A stretch of 64,000 nucleotides of DNA from Octopus sinensis (GCF_006345805.1 NC_042999.1:117738001-117802000), one strand, 5' to 3'. Numbered from the stretch's first letter, positions 25,310 through 39,182 are shown. Made by a program: numbers and translations. Notes: generated by a model from the letters alone, not told the origin.

Positions 25310-26400
25310 AAAGAGGAAGAAGAGCAGTTAAAAAACTTATCTCCATGCGTGTTGAATGATCAATGTTTAAATAAAACATCGACAATTCTCCTTGATACTA
25401 AATGATGTAAGGCGGGCGAGATGAATTAAGTCTATTTTAAGGTTAGTCTGGTTAATATAGTTAAAGAGAAAGAATAAGCCATGCTTCTTTGTTCACAGTC
25501 AACACACTTCTAACATGCCACACACTTCTAACACTTCTAACATGCAACATCGATATTCCTTCTTGTGCCTCTGAAAACTTGTATCCCTGCCGTAAGGCTT
25601 TATTTCCACACACGCCAGCTTAATTTAATTCGTCCTTAGTCGAAAGACACCTATTATTATGTTCCGTTGTTATTATTTTTATTGTATTTGTGTAACATTC
25701 TCTTTTTTTCCGTTCTTGTTTTCGCATATATTCGCTGCTTTTTTCCAAGGGATCTAATTCTCTTAGCTTAGTTTTTCCTTGGGGCTGGCCAGATTAGAGC
25801 AATCTTAAGTATAATCAGCCAAAATTGCGAAGATAATCTGGTACTCGACTGATGAAAGAAAACTCCGAATGACCCGGCCTTGTTTTCTTTGTATCGTCTA
25901 TCTGGATGGTTTCTTGTCCCATTTTTGTATCATCTAAATATCCGGATGTCTTGCGTTCTTGTCCCATCTTGTATATATATATAAAGAGAAAGAGACACAG
26001 AGACATAGAGGGAGAGGAAGAGCAGTTAAAAAATCTTATCTCCATGGCTTCTTTCTCTTTAACTATTTTGAAATATCGTGTATCTTGAATTACGAATTGA
26101 TGTGGATGAATGAAGGCAAATATATTTTAAAGTTATGCGTATTTTTTCACAAAATATGGAGTATACAGCCGAATAATGTAATATGTACTAAATTTAAAAT
26201 AATTTTTAAAAATTGATTTATTTAGTTTGTACATAAAACATGAAACTAGTCCTGTATTAATCACGTTAACCTTAAAATAGACTTAATTCATCTCGCCCGC
26301 CTTACAACATTTCGTATCGGGGAGTTTTGTCGATGTTTTATTTAAGCATTGATCATTCAACACGCATAGAGATAAGTTTTTTAACTGCTCTTTGCTCTCT
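25310..26400. mobile_element. Fold-back/MITE-like unit with ~145-bp inverted repeats (25318-25460 vs 26253-26393)
   Basis: aagagcagttaaaaaacttatctc...gtaaggcgggcgagatgaattaagtctattttaaggtta and its reverse complement. A third partial copy starts at ~26018. Confidence 0.75.
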
Positions 26401-26559
26401 CTCTCTCTTTCTCTCTCTCTCTCACACTATATATATATATATATATTATATATATATATTATATATACATAATTCGTCGCTATCGGCCCAACGGCAAGTT
26501 AGAAGTGTATTGATCTGTGACCGAAATAGCAAAGGCGTATTTCTCTTTAACTATATACT

Positions 26560-26616
<57 letters not shown>

Positions 26617-26633
26617 ATATATATATATATATG

Positions 26634-26700
<67 letters not shown>

Positions 26701-26743
26701 ATGTATTTATGTATGTATGTATGTATGTATATATATATATATA

Positions 26744-27930
26744 CTAGCTGAAGGTGACCCGCTCTACGCGCGGGTAAGAGTTGGGTGTTACTTTCTGTTG
26801 CTTCCTTTCAGCACGTAAAAAGCACCATCCGAACGTGGCCGATTGCAGCACCGCCTTGACTTGCTTCTGTGCTGGTGGCACGTAAAAAGCACCAAACGAT
26901 CGTTGCCACTGCGAGCCCCCCTGGCACCAGTGCCGGCGGCACGAAAAAAGCACTCACTACACTCACAGTGTGGTTGGCGTTAGGAAGGTCATCCACCTGT
27001 AGAAAACTGCCAGATCAGACTGGAGCCTGGTGCAGCCTCCTGGCTTCCGAGACCCGGTCACACTGCCCAACCCGTGCTAGCACGGAAAACGGACGTTAAC
27101 GATGATGATGATGATGATGATTCTCCGTATTTGTTTCTCTCTCCTTTCTCTCTCACTTTCCCACTCTCTTACTTTTCTTTTCTCTCTGACTCTCCCTCGC
27201 TTTCTCTTACTCTCTATCTTTATCTATCTCTCTCCCATTTATAAACAACAGAAGATCTGAGTAAGTTGAGAAATAAAATATTTAGAAAGATCAATCAGAA
27301 ATATGAGGCAGTGGCAATGGAAAGGTCTGCTTCAAGGCAGACAGCAAAACGCTAGCATTCAAAAGGGACAGACGAACTTGCGAGCTGAATAAAAATAATA
27401 AAATATTGGAAACCAAAGTTTGAAGGGATAGAATCTGAGGATAGTAGAGTCACCATGGCTGGCATTTGTTAACGACGGACAGCAACGTAGTGACAGTTTA
27501 ACGGCTGGCGTAAAATTTTGAACTTGATGTAAAAGAAAATTCGTAAACACCAATTTTTGAAGTGATTCTTTCTCACGACAGTAGACTCACCATGGCAAGT
27601 ATTCAAAACTTCTTTATCATGGACGGCAACACATTGACGATTAAAAGTCTGGCGCAAATTTTTTAGCTTGATGCAACAGAGAATTCCTAAACACCCGCTC
27701 TTTGAAATTTTAATCCCCTTCCAGCCCCATTTAGACCCCTTTTCACATTTTGGTTAATATAACCCGATTTCATTCGGGTGTACTGGGGCTACATTTTATA
27801 AGATGAGGAATTTTGTCCTAGAGGTGACGCCTTTCATTTGAGGAACAAAATAGTTGTGATGCAAACTTGTCAGCACCTTTAACATAGGTGTGCATATTTT
27901 CAGGTGAATCGACCGACTACGTAATGCACA
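26744..27930 (-). mobile_element. Non-autonomous Helitron (minus) with nested retroposon
   Basis: Minus 3' end is hairpin cccgcgcgtagagcggg then CTAG|T. Internal degenerate ~135-bp tandem units at 27444-27705. The 5' boundary is approximate. Confidence 0.65.
26809..27120 (+). mobile_element. 3' end of a (GAT)n-tailed retroposon (SINE or RTE 3'UTR)
   Basis: gcacgtaaaaagcac repeats, gtggttggcgttaggaagg, ends ggacgttaac(gat)n. Confidence 0.7.
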
Positions 27931-27950
27931 CATATATATATATATATGTG

Positions 27951-28005
<55 letters not shown>

Positions 28006-28147
28006 ACGCATTATATATACAAATGTATACAAATGAGATATATATCTATATAAATTAAATTAGAGATAAAACCACTAATAGGCAAATCAAACAGTGAAAA
28101 ACCAAAAACAAAAACATAAAAAAAGAAAATATAACATAGAAAATATA

Positions 28148-29162
28148 TCTATATATATAAAACTGTAGTTGTGTGAGTGTCTGTCCCCTTCGATTTAGAT
28201 TCCTAACTACTCCCAAATTTTGCGGTGCAGTTTAACCAAATTCGGGTATCTTATAGTCGTGATTCATATCGAGCCCGTCTGGGTATTAGCGCGCGTCTAC
28301 GATGAGTGTACGATTTAAAAAATAATTTAACATAATTTTTATTCCATTTTAATGCATATTTTTCGTGTGTCGATGGCGGCGGAGTTGGCGTCCACGCTCA
28401 CGCCTGCACCTGTGTTGCTTCTCCCCCTTCTTCCCTCCCTCGTGAAGCTGTGGGGAAGGGAGTGTAAGGAAATCAACGTCGTAATGCGTTGTGAAGGAGA
28501 CCAGCGTTCTTTTAGAACAACGACTTCATGGCTTGAAGTCGCCAAAACAGAAATCGCTAAAAAAGCTGAAACAGATCCACAAAAACGGCAAAAACCGCCA
28601 CACAGGGCAGGTTTCCTGTGCAAACAATTTGCACAACCGAATGTTTTAGTTGTTGCACAAATCTTTATATATAAAAGTAAGGTTGTGTGTCTGTCTCCTA
28701 CGATTTAGATTCCTAACTACTCCCACATTTTGCGGTGCAGTGTAAGCAAAACCGGGTATCTTATAGTCGTGATTCATATCGAGCCTTTCCGGGTATTAGC
28801 GCGCGTCTACGATGAGTCTACGATTTAAAAAAAAATTTACCATCATTTTTTATTCCATTTTAATGCATTTTTCGCTATTATATAAGGGAAGTAACTCTCT
28901 AAAAATGTCTACGATGAGTCAACGATTAAAAAAAAATTACCATCATTTTTTTATTCCATTTTAATGCATTTTTCGCTATTATATAGGGGAAGTAACTCTG
29001 TAAAAATGTCTACGATGTGTCAACGATTTAAAAAAGAAATTACTATCATTTTTTATTCCATCTTTAATGCATTTTTTGCTATTTTTTTTGCTATAACTCA
29101 CTAAAAATGCTTATTTAGTTATTTCCCTTACAAACCCGAGCAACGCCGGGCGATACTGCTAG
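28148..29162 (+). mobile_element. Composite non-autonomous Helitron with two 5' ends and an internal ~102-bp x3 tandem repeat
   Basis: TC starts at 28148 and 28662 followed by related sequence. Repeats lie at ~28805-29110. It has the same hairpin+CTAG end as the 24603 copy. Confidence 0.85.
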
Positions 29163-29310
29163 TAAAATATAAAATTGAAAACTTTAAATTATTTAAATTG
29201 AAAATAAAAATTATGAAATTATATTATAATTTGTTTAAAAATATATATAACTATGAAAAAGTATGAAAAAGTTTAATATACATAAATACAGATATATACA
29301 CTTTGTATAT

Positions 29311-29745
29311 ATACATTATATATATACATATTTATATATAGAACACACACACACACACATACATTATATATACATATTTATATATAGAACACACACACAC
29401 ACATACATTATATATACATATTTATATATAGAACACACCCACACACACATACATTATATATACATATTTATATATAGAACACACACACACATACATTATA
29501 TATACATATTTATATATAGAACACACACACACATACATTATATATACATATTTATATATAGAACACACACACACACATACATTATATATACATATTTATA
29601 TATAGAACACACACACACACATACATTATATATACATATTTATATATAGAACACACACACACATACATTATATATACATATTTATATATAGAACACACAC
29701 ACACACATACATTATATATACATATATATATAGAACACACACACA
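29311..29745. repeat. ~40-bp minisatellite (atacattatatatacatatttatatatagaacacacacac) ~11 copies
   Basis: Directly visible. Units vary only in the CA run. Confidence 0.95.
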
Positions 29746-29759
29746 CACACACACATATA

Positions 29760-30166
29760 TAAATGAACGCAAGAATATCTGATTCATAATATTTGTTCTC
29801 ATGCTCGTGTGTTGTTTGTTGGTGACAGACATATACTTAAAAGAACGCCGCCGAAGTGATAGGAAGGTAGGAAACAGAGTCAGTGAAAAAGAAAGGAAAT
29901 AGCGATAGTGACAGATACTTTAAATAACCGTAGTGGCATTCTGAAAGTTATAAATGAAGAGGAGTGACAGAGTACTGGATGAAATAGGGTGAGGTAGGAA
30001 GATGGCCCCTAGAAACCACAACTTTTAAGATAGGGATTTCTAAGGTAGCCCACGCGCATCGTCACCTCATTCTACATGTCCCTGTATTTTGGAGCGAATC
30101 GGACGGGATGTAGTGGCATTGAAAGCGAACCAAGCGGTAAAAAGGCATTTCAGTTTTATATATAGA
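29760..30166 (-). mobile_element. Probable Helitron 5' portion
   Basis: Minus strand begins atctatatataaaactg like the other Helitron 5' ends. The 3' end is not seen. Confidence 0.45.
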
Positions 30167-30170
30167 TATA

Positions 30171-30206
<36 letters not shown>

Positions 30207-31344
30207 TGTATGTATGTATGTATGTATGTATGTATGTATGTATGTATGTGTGTGTGTGGCAGAGGCTGGACGTGTTTTCGCTGCTCCGACCTGTCAGCGG
30301 CTGAAGACACAGAAACATAAATACAACCCAGCAGGACTACTGATAAGCAACTGTAAAAACTGGAAGATCTACTATTTTCTGTGAGTAATTTGAATTTCCC
30401 TCAAAATAAGTTAAAGACTTACAAACCTTACAGTTTTGGACAAACAAACACCTATCAAAAATTTTAGAAACATAAATATCTCCATTTTTTGTGTGAACAT
30501 TTTGTCGTCACGTCTTTCTGGAGTATCAGAATATGTAAAAATGCCTTTTATTGTAACAACACAATTAAATGCACGTTAAAATTATGGAAGCAAGCACCTG
30601 CTAACCTTTATTTTCTTTTTGACTACCCGAAATATGCAAACATACTTTTTATTGCAATCACAGAAATAAACACGTGGAGAATAATAAGAAAAAAAAATAT
30701 TCATTATAGATTCTTTCTCTCTGCTCGTACACGACTCTATTCACAAGTAGTGTTCATAGTCGGCCCCTCCTTGATTTTTCTCAAAGTCAAGGTCACTGTT
30801 CGCAAGTTCCATCAACAACATAGTAGACATTTTGAACTCTTTTTGATCGATCGTTCTTCATCCCACTTTATGAAAGTAGTAGTTGCTGTTACAGCTACTA
30901 CTACTACTGCTGCTATCAGAATTTACTACTGCTACTACTACTGCTACAATTAGAAACATACAAGTTGACGATGACATCGAGATGTTTTTCCCCGTGTCTG
31001 AATTATACCGGTGGCACCAATGAAAAATCCCTTTCTTTTTCTTTGTTGGGAGAAAAGAGAATTTACAGTAAAAACAAACCCTCAGCCCTCCCTCCAGCGT
31101 ATAAATTACTTTATAAAAGAAATATTTTAAAAGGGAAAAACGTGAAAAAAAAAATTAAATTAAATTAACGATAGGCAAAAACATGAGCCTTCTCGCACAT
31201 AAACACATTATTCACACAAATACAAACATACGCAGACGCAAATATTGAAGTACTAAATGGCATGTCAAATGATATTTAACCGTGTGGAACATTTTACATG
31301 CATATCAATATTCTAAAGTTGGACCTACTATTCCTTATCCTAAA

Positions 31345-34300
31345 GCTACTTCAGATAACTAGGAAGGGTTCCTGACTCGTTTCACCGTCTGCTTTCAGTC
31401 TTGGATTGTGTTTCGGTTCAGCCCAAACTCTCTCAGATTTTGTCTGCTGTTGCCTACTCCTACAAGGATCGCAGCTGTTTTTGTTCCTGCTTTAACTCAG
31501 ATTTGTCCTAGAGCCCATAGAAGATTGTTTTTGTCAACCATCTATCATGTCAGCTACCTACAGATCGAAATTGAGATCTGCGAGAAGGGCTCGCTCTGCT
31601 GATCCTATTTTGGAGAATTCAGTTGGTGAGGCGATCGGTGATATCAGGCTTTCACATGGGGGCCCTGAAATCAGGACTTCTCATCAGGATGATAGTCCTA
31701 CCAACAGTCATCTCAACGAGCAGTTGCTGTTGCTCAAACAAGAGGTCGAGCACCTAAAGTCTGTTGTTGCTCATTTACTGAATAAACAGTTTCCTATTGA
31801 CGCAAAGCCACCCTTGATTTCTTCTCTGGAGATGTCCAAACTGAAGGGAACAAAATCGAAGCGGCCAAAGAAGGCGAAGGAACCGGCGGTCGTTTCCGCA
31901 CATGATCGTTCCTGTGCGGATCCTTCCTCATCTGTCTTTTCGGTCCCGGAGGTTCCCCAACCTGAATTGAGGAGCATAGACTCAAACCCACCTGAAGACC
32001 GTTGTTCTCCCAAAAAGAAGAAACGTAGTCAAAACTCCAGTGGGGTATATTTAGCTGCGAAACCTGCTCACGATAAAATCTGTTTGGATTCTCCCTCACT
32101 TGTCCTTCCCATCAATGCCATTGCTCAACCAATTCTGAATGATCTTGATGTGAGTTAATCTTGGGAGTGGTGCTCCTCCAAACCGAAGAAGAGGCAGTGC
32201 AGTTCCAAACCAGGCGGGAAAGTTATGACCACTAAATCCATTCTTATCGACCCCAAAGGCCGACATAAGTCTGATGGCTATCAAACCACCCTTTCGAAAT
32301 CATCCAACGAAGAATCGAATGCCGCAGCTCATAGTAGAGAACAGAAAGACCATTTTGCCCACTCAAGATTAGCAATCATCTATGGTAAGGCTGAATCCAC
32401 CTGTGATACAGGCATAAACCGCCTAAAAGAGGACATAAATTTTGTTTCCGTTTTAGTTTGAGAATTGTTCTCTGTCAACGAAAATGTCAGTATCTATAAG
32501 GTCGCTCGGCTAGGAAGATTCCAAGCGAACTCAACCTCAGACACTAGACCACGCCCAATAAGAGTAATCTTTCCTTCCGATCAGGAGGCTTCAACTTTTC
32601 TAAACAGAGCTCAGATGCATACCTGGGAGGACCCCAATATGGGTTTTCGCGAGGAATACTCACCGAGAGAAAGAGTTCGCCGGAGAAACCTAATATCCGA
32701 ACTGAAGATGAGAAAACAGATGGGAGAGAAGGGTTTACGCATCCAGGATGGACAAATAATCAAGTCCTATCTCTGGTCGCATGCTGTAGTGCTAACAGGG
32801 AAAGTGAATCGAGGACGAATCGAAGTAAAGTAGATACCCCGTCAACGATGCTATCTCTGATACCCCTTATTCTGCTTGTTACCCAATTCCCGCCCCTGAA
32901 ACTTCACAGCTCAGCATCGTCTATACCAACTCGTGCTCCTAATTTCCAAAGTCCAGCGAACTATTTACACTGGCACATGCGTGATTCCCCTGATGTGATA
33001 GCTATCACCGAGACTTGGCTGACTCCAGCAGTAAAGGACTCGGAAATCCACCTACAGGGCTACGCCCTCTTCAGATGTGACAGAGAAAAGGCGAGGTGGA
33101 GGTGTTGCTGTGTATGTTAAATTTGATCTCAAACCGTCCAACGGTATTCTACCCACTAATGCTCACCCTACAACAAAATTCGATGCCGTCTATTGCAAGC
33201 TGAGCCTATCCAGGTTTTGCCTGCCCGTGTTAGCCGTATACAGACCGCCTCTTGTCGACCCCCAGGACGATGCTCATTTACTCGAAGCAATAAGATTCAT
33301 TTCAGCTTCTCATGACTGTTTGATATTAGGAGACTTCAACGCTCCCACGATCGATTGGCCCGCATCAATTTGTACATCACCTTCCCGGTTCGGCCAGGCC
33401 CTTCTTGACGTGGCTGAAGATTGTTTTCTATCGATATCCGATAAGGCATCGGTCTGGGCAGCAGCCATCTATGTTGGATCTGGTATTCTCCCGCTATCCA
33501 AGATCAGTGTCAGGCTTATCTGTATGCGCATCTCTTGCCAAGAGTGATCATGCGGTCCTGAAGTTCGTCATGCACACAACTTTTTCTACGCCCACGACTA
33601 CTTCGCTGTCACGTAGAGTCTTCTCTGCAATTAAACTTGAAATTCTAACCGAGGCTTCTGCGCTTCTGGACTGGCGATCCCTGATGACGTTGTCCTCAGT
33701 TGACGAACTATGGTCGTCCCTCAAAGCATATGTAATCTGGCTGACTGACCAAGCAGTTCCCGTTGGGCCTCCCAAGAAGAAGAAACACAAGCCCTGGGTG
33801 ACGAAGAAGGTTAAATGAGAACTTCGGCTCAGAGATATTGCTTGGGCTGAATTCAAAAATCTAGATTCGACTGCAGCTTTTGAGGTGTACAAAACTCAAC
33901 GAGACCGAGCCGTGAAAATTGAAAAGGAAGAACGCTTCAGATATGAATACAATATCGCGGCAAACTCCAGTAGCAATCCAAAATCCTTCTTTGCCCGTGT
34001 CCAACGGAATTCCCGCTTGAACAACCAAATTGCAACATTGGTAGACTCAACAGGCGTATCGATTGAGGACCCTTATCAACAGAGTCAATTATTTGCCGAG
34101 GCCTTTTCAACTATTTTCAAACAAGATGATGGTCGTGAACCCCCTCCATTTGATAGATCGGTACCTCCAATGCTTCGATTTGGTCATCACTTGGAACGAA
34201 GTCGCACGCGTTATTCAAGGCCCCGATGTCAACAAGGGTCACGGCCTTGACGGCATACACCCACGGGTTATCAAAGCGTTGGCTCCGGTCATCTGCGAGC

Positions 34301-35750
34301 CTTTAACACGTATATTCAATATATAATTGCCGACGGGTGTTATACCTGCGGACTGGAGAACAGCGATAATCTGCCCAATTTTCAAGAAAGGGAGCCGCGA
34401 AGACCCGCTTAACTACCGACCGGTTTCCCTTACTTCAATAATCGGCAAGATGTTCGAAACCATCCTTAAAAAAAAGTATGATGCTCCACCTCCAAAACAC
34501 AGCCTCTATCTCTGACTCCCAACACGGCTTCGTGCCGAAGAGATCATGCTTGACCAACTTACTGGTAATGGAAGAATTGGTGACGCGCATCCTCTATGAT
34601 GGTGATGTAGTTGACATCGTTTTATTGGACTTTGCCAAAGCTTTTGACTCGGTAAACCACCGCCTATTACTTGTCAAGCTTCAAGCAAATAGTTTCCATC
34701 CGGATATTGTACGATGGGTTGGTGCCTTCCTCTCAGACCTCCCCTTCCAAGTCCAAGTTAATGGTTCGCTGTCCGACGTCTCCAGTGCGTGCCTCAAGGT
34801 TCAGTGCTTGGGCCCTTATTGTTCTTAGTCTTCATGAATGACTTGCCCGACGACCTCACGCAACACACCCTTCTATTTGCCGACGATGTCAAACTGGTCG
34901 CTCCTCGCGGTGATATAGAGGATCTTCGTCGATGCCTCCACCAAATTTGGAGATGGCCTAACGAATGGGACCTGTGTCTGAACGTGTCAAAGTGCTGTCA
35001 TCTGCCTGTTGGCTCTCCTCCTGCAACTCAACTTGATTTCGAGCCGGCTCGTCTGCTGCTGGAGAGGATCGACCAGGTAAAGGACCTGGGTATCTTGGTG
35101 GATTCCTCCTTTTCGCCTTCGGCCCAGTGCGTCCATGCTGCCAACAAAACACGCGGAGTTCTGTTCTTGATTGGACGGTCATTCGGAATGCTCACAGCAG
35201 CCATATTCCTACCGCTCTATGTCACGCTGGTGAGATCCATATTGGAGTACAGGATTCTCTTTATCTCCTCAAAGTCATACAGCATCTCGAAAGAGTCCAG
35301 AAGCTGGCTACCCGCATGGTTCTTGGTCTCAAGAATTTGTCTTATGAAGAAAGGCTGAAGACGCTCGACCTTTATTCTCTAGAAAAACGACGAGGCCGTG
35401 GTGATCTCATTCTTGCTAAAACATCATAAGCGGAAAGTGTAACCTCTCGAAAGAGCTGTTCTTCACTCCTGCTCCAGAGCGTCGGCTGCGGGCTCACTCC
35501 GAAAAGCTCTATCTGCGACGATTTCATCTCAATCGAAGGAGAGGGGCTTTCTCCGTCCGGGTTGCGGATCCGTGGAATAAGCTGCCAGATGAGATGGTGA
35601 AGATGCCGACGACCGCTCGGTTCAGTCTCCCTTGACCACAAGTGGCCTGCACCCTTTACATGAACACCACCCTGTACATAACTCCATGTCCCCCTACATG
35701 GCCTTGCTTTTTGCTTTTTGAGCCCAAAATTAACTAACTAACTAACTAAC
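31345..35750 (+). mobile_element. CR1-clade LINE, near full length, decayed (ORF1 + APE-RT ORF2), (TAAC)n tail
   Basis: ORF1 has ARLGR..RPRPIRVIF. ORF2 has [80 protein letters not shown] and WNKLP. Tail at 35731-35750. The 5' boundary is approximate. Confidence 0.93.
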
Positions 35751-35813
35751 ATATATATATATATTATATATATATATATATTATATATATATATATATAT
35801 AGATATATATATA

Positions 35814-35881
<68 letters not shown>

Positions 35882-37036
35882 TATATATACACACATATAT
35901 ATATATATAGCATACAATATACACAGATTCAATCATACATAAATACATGTATCTAAATACGTGCATATACACACACACACATACATATATGTATTGATAT
36001 TTATCTATCTATCTATCTCTGAACATATATGTGTGTATGTGTGTGTGTATGCATGTATGTGTGTGTATGTGTATTTCTTAAAGGAAGTAGAATAAAATTA
36101 AACTCATCTTCATCTTGTTCTCTGGACAGCTTTAATTGTCTGAATTGAACTTTCACATACTCAAATTTAACACACCTGATATCATTATGGAAACGTGTAG
36201 ATGACGGCATAACATCATATAATCTCATCTGTATTTACCCTTAAAATATCTCCTGAAATAATACTTTTATATATTTAATAAAGCAACAATATTGATTTAT
36301 TTATATCTAAGCGTGTGTCTTGAATTGCATGACAGGAATCTAGCATTAATTGTTTTTTCAGAATCTTGCACATAAAAATCCAACTATTCTTTCGTAAATT
36401 GATTAATGAATTTATTAGTCAATTCTAGTTTGAGTATCTTTGTCATGATACAATATTACAAAACTTATAAAGATGATAAGTGGTGATTTGTTACATTGCA
36501 GACAGTTGCAAGGTTTGCTTAAAGGATAGAACGCTGCGCAAATTCTGAGTACATTAGAATGTGATACATCATAAATTATTTTCTATCCATTTTTTTCTTA
36601 GTCTAAAGTCTGTATATTCTCAAAACACTATCATATAGAAATATAATACTTAATCGGTGTGTACTTTTATTTCTATATCAGACTGCCCGTGGCCCATTGG
36701 GTCACCTGGAAAGTCTGAGTTTCTTAGCAACGGTGTTGTTTCGTAGATTTTTCTTTTCCAGATAATTTTGCATGCTTTCAAAGAATGTGACATCGAAATC
36801 ACACGCAAAGGGAAGATTTGGCTGTTATTTCTTGCACGCCCTCCTGCCACGTAACAGGTATTTTAGGTCCTTTATCGCAAATAGATGCTTTGTAGTAGCA
36901 GGGCGTGCTAAAAATAGCAACCAAATCTTTGGAGCTGAGATACTTTGAATGCACTCGAAAATATTTTTGTAATGGTATTCCTTTGGAGCAATCTTTCGCT
37001 TTGACTCTCAGAACTGTCACTTTGATTTTCAGAACT

Positions 37037-37500
37037 ATTATCCGGATCAGCTGTATTTGTTCGTTAATTTCCGTAATTTTTTTTATTTAATTACTTTTGT
37101 TTTAAAATGAAAGAGAAGAGAAATTGAAAGATATATGAACGTGTATATGACATGGACGTGTATATGTGTGAGAGAGAGAGAGGGAGAACACACATATTCA
37201 CACAATCACTCTCTCTCACACACTCGTGCACACGTACATACAAAAAAGATGTACGCATATGTATTGATGTGTTTACGTATACATGACAACAAATTCCTTC
37301 ACTCACTCTCTTTTTCTCTCTCTCTCTTCCTCTCTCTCTTTTTCTATCTCTTTCCCGCTCTCTGTCTCTCTTTCTCTCTCTCTCACACACAAGTCCATTT
37401 CATATACACGTACATACATCTTTTACTTTCTCCTATCTTTCACTTTAAAACAAAATTAAATAGATAAAAAATTTTACGGAAATTAACGAACTCCGGATAA
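37037..37500. repeat. Imperfect inverted repeat, ~140-bp arms (MITE/fold-back relic)
   Basis: ttatccgga..gttcgttaatttccgtaa..tttgttttaaaatgaaaga..cgtgtatatga.atggac at 37037-37185 vs its reverse complement at 37365-37500. Confidence 0.75.
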
Positions 37501-38754
37501 CAAGTGAAAGATCGCCATTCACTTGAAAATAATTTTTAAAGATATTAAAATATTTTCTGTTTAAAGAAAACTAAAATATAAATATTTACTATACAAACAA
37601 CTTACTCTTTTAAAATCACATTCAATTAAAAATATTTCTAAATGATTAAAATATCGTGTACGTCAAAAAGTCGACTTTTTTCTCTTAGAGAGCGCGAGGA
37701 CTATGTGTGTGTATATGTCACAAATAGAGAATGTGTGTTGTATTGATTGACAAGCCATGACATTCATTATATGTGTGTGTATTCTGTATGTTTGTATGTG
37801 TGTTGACGTCAATGAAGCCATGTTTTTTTCCGTCAAGAAATAACGAACAAAAATTGTGTTTAATTAATAAATAGAGATTCAAACGTTACAAAAATTTCTA
37901 CTGTACTGCCGAAGGTAAGTATGAAAATAAATATGCAAAAAAATTAAGATAAGATATACTATTTCTGAGATATTTGGTGTACACACACATCGTTACTGTT
38001 TTAGTATTATTAAAGAGTAAAAATTATCTTCCTTGTTTTGTTTGTTAGATAGCGAAGGCAATCTAAACAAATATTTCCTAGACTATTTGTTATACGCACA
38101 CATTCACACGCATATACAAACATATAGATATATACACATATACCCCGAAATATATAATAGTATTTTTTACACACAGACACATACATGTTCTATGTCTTTT
38201 CCCTATCTGTTTATCTATCATCAATGTAATGTTCAATATATTATTCAATATATAGAATTTTTTTCTTTGAACTCTCCATATTCAGAAACATATTCCATGT
38301 CTTATTTCAGAAACATAAGATCATCGCTTTTTACTTTAGCACAAAGTAGCAATTTTTTGTAAAATTGTAACAAATAAATAGAAACTGATATTTAACTGGC
38401 ACATTTATTTTATCGGCACCAGAAGGATGAAAGGCAGCGTTGACAAAAGTGGGGTTTGATATATAAAGGATCTAAGGTATATATAACTTACAAATATGTA
38501 ATTTGAGCTAGAACTCTATCAAAGAATATTCTATAAATTATGTTTTTTTTCTAAATTTCATATAGCATTGGTTATTTGTTATCATTTTAGTGTTATGCAG
38601 AAAAAACGAAACAAAAGGCTACGGAATTTTGTTGGGAAAGTTTTTCTGATTTCCGATTCTTAACTTCATATAACATTGTATGCACACGCACACATGCGTG
38701 CGCGCGCATACACACACACTCACACACATACTTGTTTATTTCGTATTCATAAAG

Positions 38755-38943
38755 AATCGAGGAAAATCAACGTGAAGTACACCATCGTTTGGTTAGACAG
38801 AATCCCGCAGAGCAGGCAGTGAAACAATCCATTATCAGCTTTGAAAGCACCAATGAAGACCAGACACAATTGGATACTTCGCAATTCCAACTGTTTACCA
38901 GTAATACAACGAATACTATAACTCTTTGGTGTGACGTGAAATG
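38755..38943 (+). CDS. Candidate terminal coding exon of an unidentified gene
   Basis: After ttcgtattcataaag| there is a stop-free frame IEENQREVHHRLVRQNPAEQAVKQSIISFESTNEDQTQLDTSQFQLFTSNTTNTITLWCDVK*. AATAAA at ~38953 and an upstream AAG|GTAAGT donor at 37914. Confidence 0.35.
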
Positions 38944-39182
38944 ACACTTGCGAATAAACGAATGCATTTTAAATTTTGTGACAATTCTTTTGCTGAGAAC
39001 ATTTATTCAAAATAATCATAATATGTTTTGGACTACTTAATCCAATTTTCACGCCCATGGGGCATGATTTACATAAAGAGAAAGAGAAAAAGTTATCTAT
39101 GTCATTTAAATAATGCCTGATGAGTGTGAGAATTACATAATGTATGACGCAATCGGACATATTGCATCATACTTACATTACT

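Noticed and set aside
25846-25880. Additional hammerhead (CTGATGA…GAAT)
   Set aside because: Stem II is broken and GAAA is absent. It is kept only as a remnant inside another finding.
29311-29745. Regularly spaced repeats resembling a CRISPR array
   Set aside because: There are no unique spacers and no cas genes, and the context is eukaryotic.
36013-37030. Short non-repetitive ORFs as host exons
   Set aside because: No recognisable domain and no consistent splice-site pairs.
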